In this document: positions 62,164 through 64,000 of the stretch, piece by piece | How the letters are laid out: each line of letters begins with the position of its first letter | How positions within the stretch are numbered: the stretch's first letter is position 1 | Assembly: GCA_963924565.1 (NCBI GenBank) | Contig: OZ004607.1 | Coordinates: forward strand, 26,350,001 to 26,414,000 | Reading direction: 5' to 3' | DNA from: Ascidiella aspersa | Lineage: Eukaryota | Length of the DNA stretch: 64,000 bases | Notes under the pieces: generated by a model | The model's input: the letters and a program-made list of their open reading frames with translations, nothing else | Told to the model about the DNA's origin: nothing | Databases searched by the model: none | Position numbers and translations under genes: made by a program

Positions 62164-62677
62164 CAGTGTTGTAATGACTTATTAAGTCAATGATTTGACT
62201 TAAGTGCACTTCATTCACTATTTTAAATGACTTAACTTGATTCAAGTATTTTGAGAAAAATCACTTGTCTTGACTCAAGTCTTTTGGACAAATGACTTGA
62301 CTTGACTTAAATCTGTTTAACAAATAATATATTTGGGAAATATTAAGTGTTTTATTAGGCATTTAAAAATGAGTTATTTATCCAAAGTTATGCACATAAA
62401 AAAATTTGCTTGCTATATGTTGCGTTTTGTATTTTTTAGTTGAGTTATTGCTTTAGGAATTTTAATAGTTTTACTTTTAGTTTTAAAAAAACTAAAGGAC
62501 TAGACTTAGAATTGACTTGCTATAATTATGACTTGACTGGGACTTGACTTGCTCTTAGTCAAAAAGACTTGACTTGAACTTAAGTTTTTTATACATGACT
62601 TGACTTAGACTTAATTCATTTGGCAAATGACTTGACTGGGATTTTAGTCATTTCAAAATGACTTGTTCACAACACTG
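62164..62677. mobile_element. Full-length GACTT-rich hAT-like MITE
   Basis: TIRs cagtgttgt / acaacactg; TSD gaaaccaa / gaaaacaa (7/8); gacttgact arrays at both ends. Confidence 0.85.
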
Positions 62678-64000
62678 GAAAACAAAAAATAATTGTATTT
62701 TGGATTGGACAACATAAGAAGTGTGTCTATTTGCACGCCCAAATGCCATTCTCCAGAAGTAAACATTTTTCTAAAGATGTATTAACGAAACGTGTGAGCC
62801 ATATCAAAACAAAGCAGAAGCTATTTTGATGTTTTTTTCTTTCACTATCAAACGTTAAAACAGACGCACGAGTTGCATAACGTGACGTGCAGGGCCAGGA
62901 AGTGCTTAGTGCTAACCGGGCTGCGAGCGCCCAGCAGAATAGCTCGTGTTGCCTTTTTCATCTTTTGGCAGCCGCTCTCTATGCGCCTCTGCGAGGAAAA
63001 ATTGCAAGCCGACGGGATCGTGTGTCATTGTGTGTTAGTGTGCTGTACAGCACGCTACATATTGTTTTTGGAAGGTTTCAGTTTCAAGTCTTTAGCTAGA
63101 TAAAAATAGCAGAATCGCAACATTAAAGCAGCATGATATTAATAGATGTGGTATACTGGTTTGATACTGACAGACCAAAATAAAATCAGGATAGACGCCT
63201 ACGGTAGAAGATAAAAGACTGGAAACTAATTAAAGCTTGTTTTACGCCGAAATCTTTTTATAAGTTAAAACTTGATTTTAAAAGATTGCCGCAATTCGAT
63301 ATACAGCTCACCACAACGTTTCAAAAACAGAGTGCGTTAGAAGCAGATTGTCTGTGTGTGTATTGTTCTTCTTTCGTTGAGTGGGCCTACGCACGCATCT
63401 GTCGATCAGAAAATAGCGACCAGCAGTCTCTGTAGGCGTTACCTATTTTAAAGACTGTCTGGGGTCGCTTTGGGTAGCATCTATACAAGCAAGTCAGTGA
63501 ACAATCCGTGACCTATGACAACATTATTTTCGTGTCAATTATTATGAGCTAACTACAAAATACACTTAACATGGTGAAAAGACGTATAACTACTTGGGAT
63601 TTTTGGCAATTAAGTACAACCGTCGACTAAGCTACCCCGCCACGTACGATCAGACAGCTAATAATAAACGTTTATTTTAAAGCTAAACATTCGCGTATAA
63701 ATGTTTTACTACCTCATGGCGAATTAAACTTTACGACACACCACGAAGAACGATTGTTGAGTGTGATTCAAGGCGGAGGTCGCAAAACCAAGAATTGTCA
63801 TCTACTGTTCTTAACGTTTATTTTGGTTTGCAGAACAGTAACTAACGGCCTTTGCCTGTAACTTAATGAGATTACTGCCAAATCTTAGCAGAGCGTCGGC
63901 GTAAGGACGCCTTTGCGCTGGGACGAAGGACATCCATTTGCATCGAAGGTATCATCAATAATTCAAACTTCATTACTGGAGCCGACGGCTTATTGGAAAA

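Overview
Eukaryotic, AT-rich animal DNA with short GT-AG introns, not prokaryotic. Intron sizes, gene content and dense hAT MITEs suggest an ascidian tunicate; this is inference and the species cannot be read from the sequence. (1) 1-20.7 kb: tandem cluster of seven CAP-superfamily (SCP/PR-1/GLIPR1-like) genes without coding introns, six intact and one MITE-interrupted pseudogene. All have a signal peptide and a GPI-type C-terminus, and six have an RxKR furin site. They differ in CAP tetrad residues and stalk architecture, and sit among nested hAT elements and a 1.4-kb direct repeat. (2) 27.6-31.9 kb: thrombospondin-repeat single-pass receptor with a long Tyr/Pro-motif tail. (3) 34.3-38.3 kb (-): 7-exon PRD-class homeobox gene with Pax-type Ser50 but no paired domain, head-to-head with (4) TMED7/p24-gamma at 39.2-41.1 kb. 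(5) 44.0-47.9 kb: MYADM-like double-MARVEL gene. (6) 49.8-56.7 kb: 9-exon TPR gene. (7) 57-64 kb: non-coding, CpG-rich, probably the 5' end of a gene beyond the window. Exon models were built by hand from splice sites and phase. No database searches were run.
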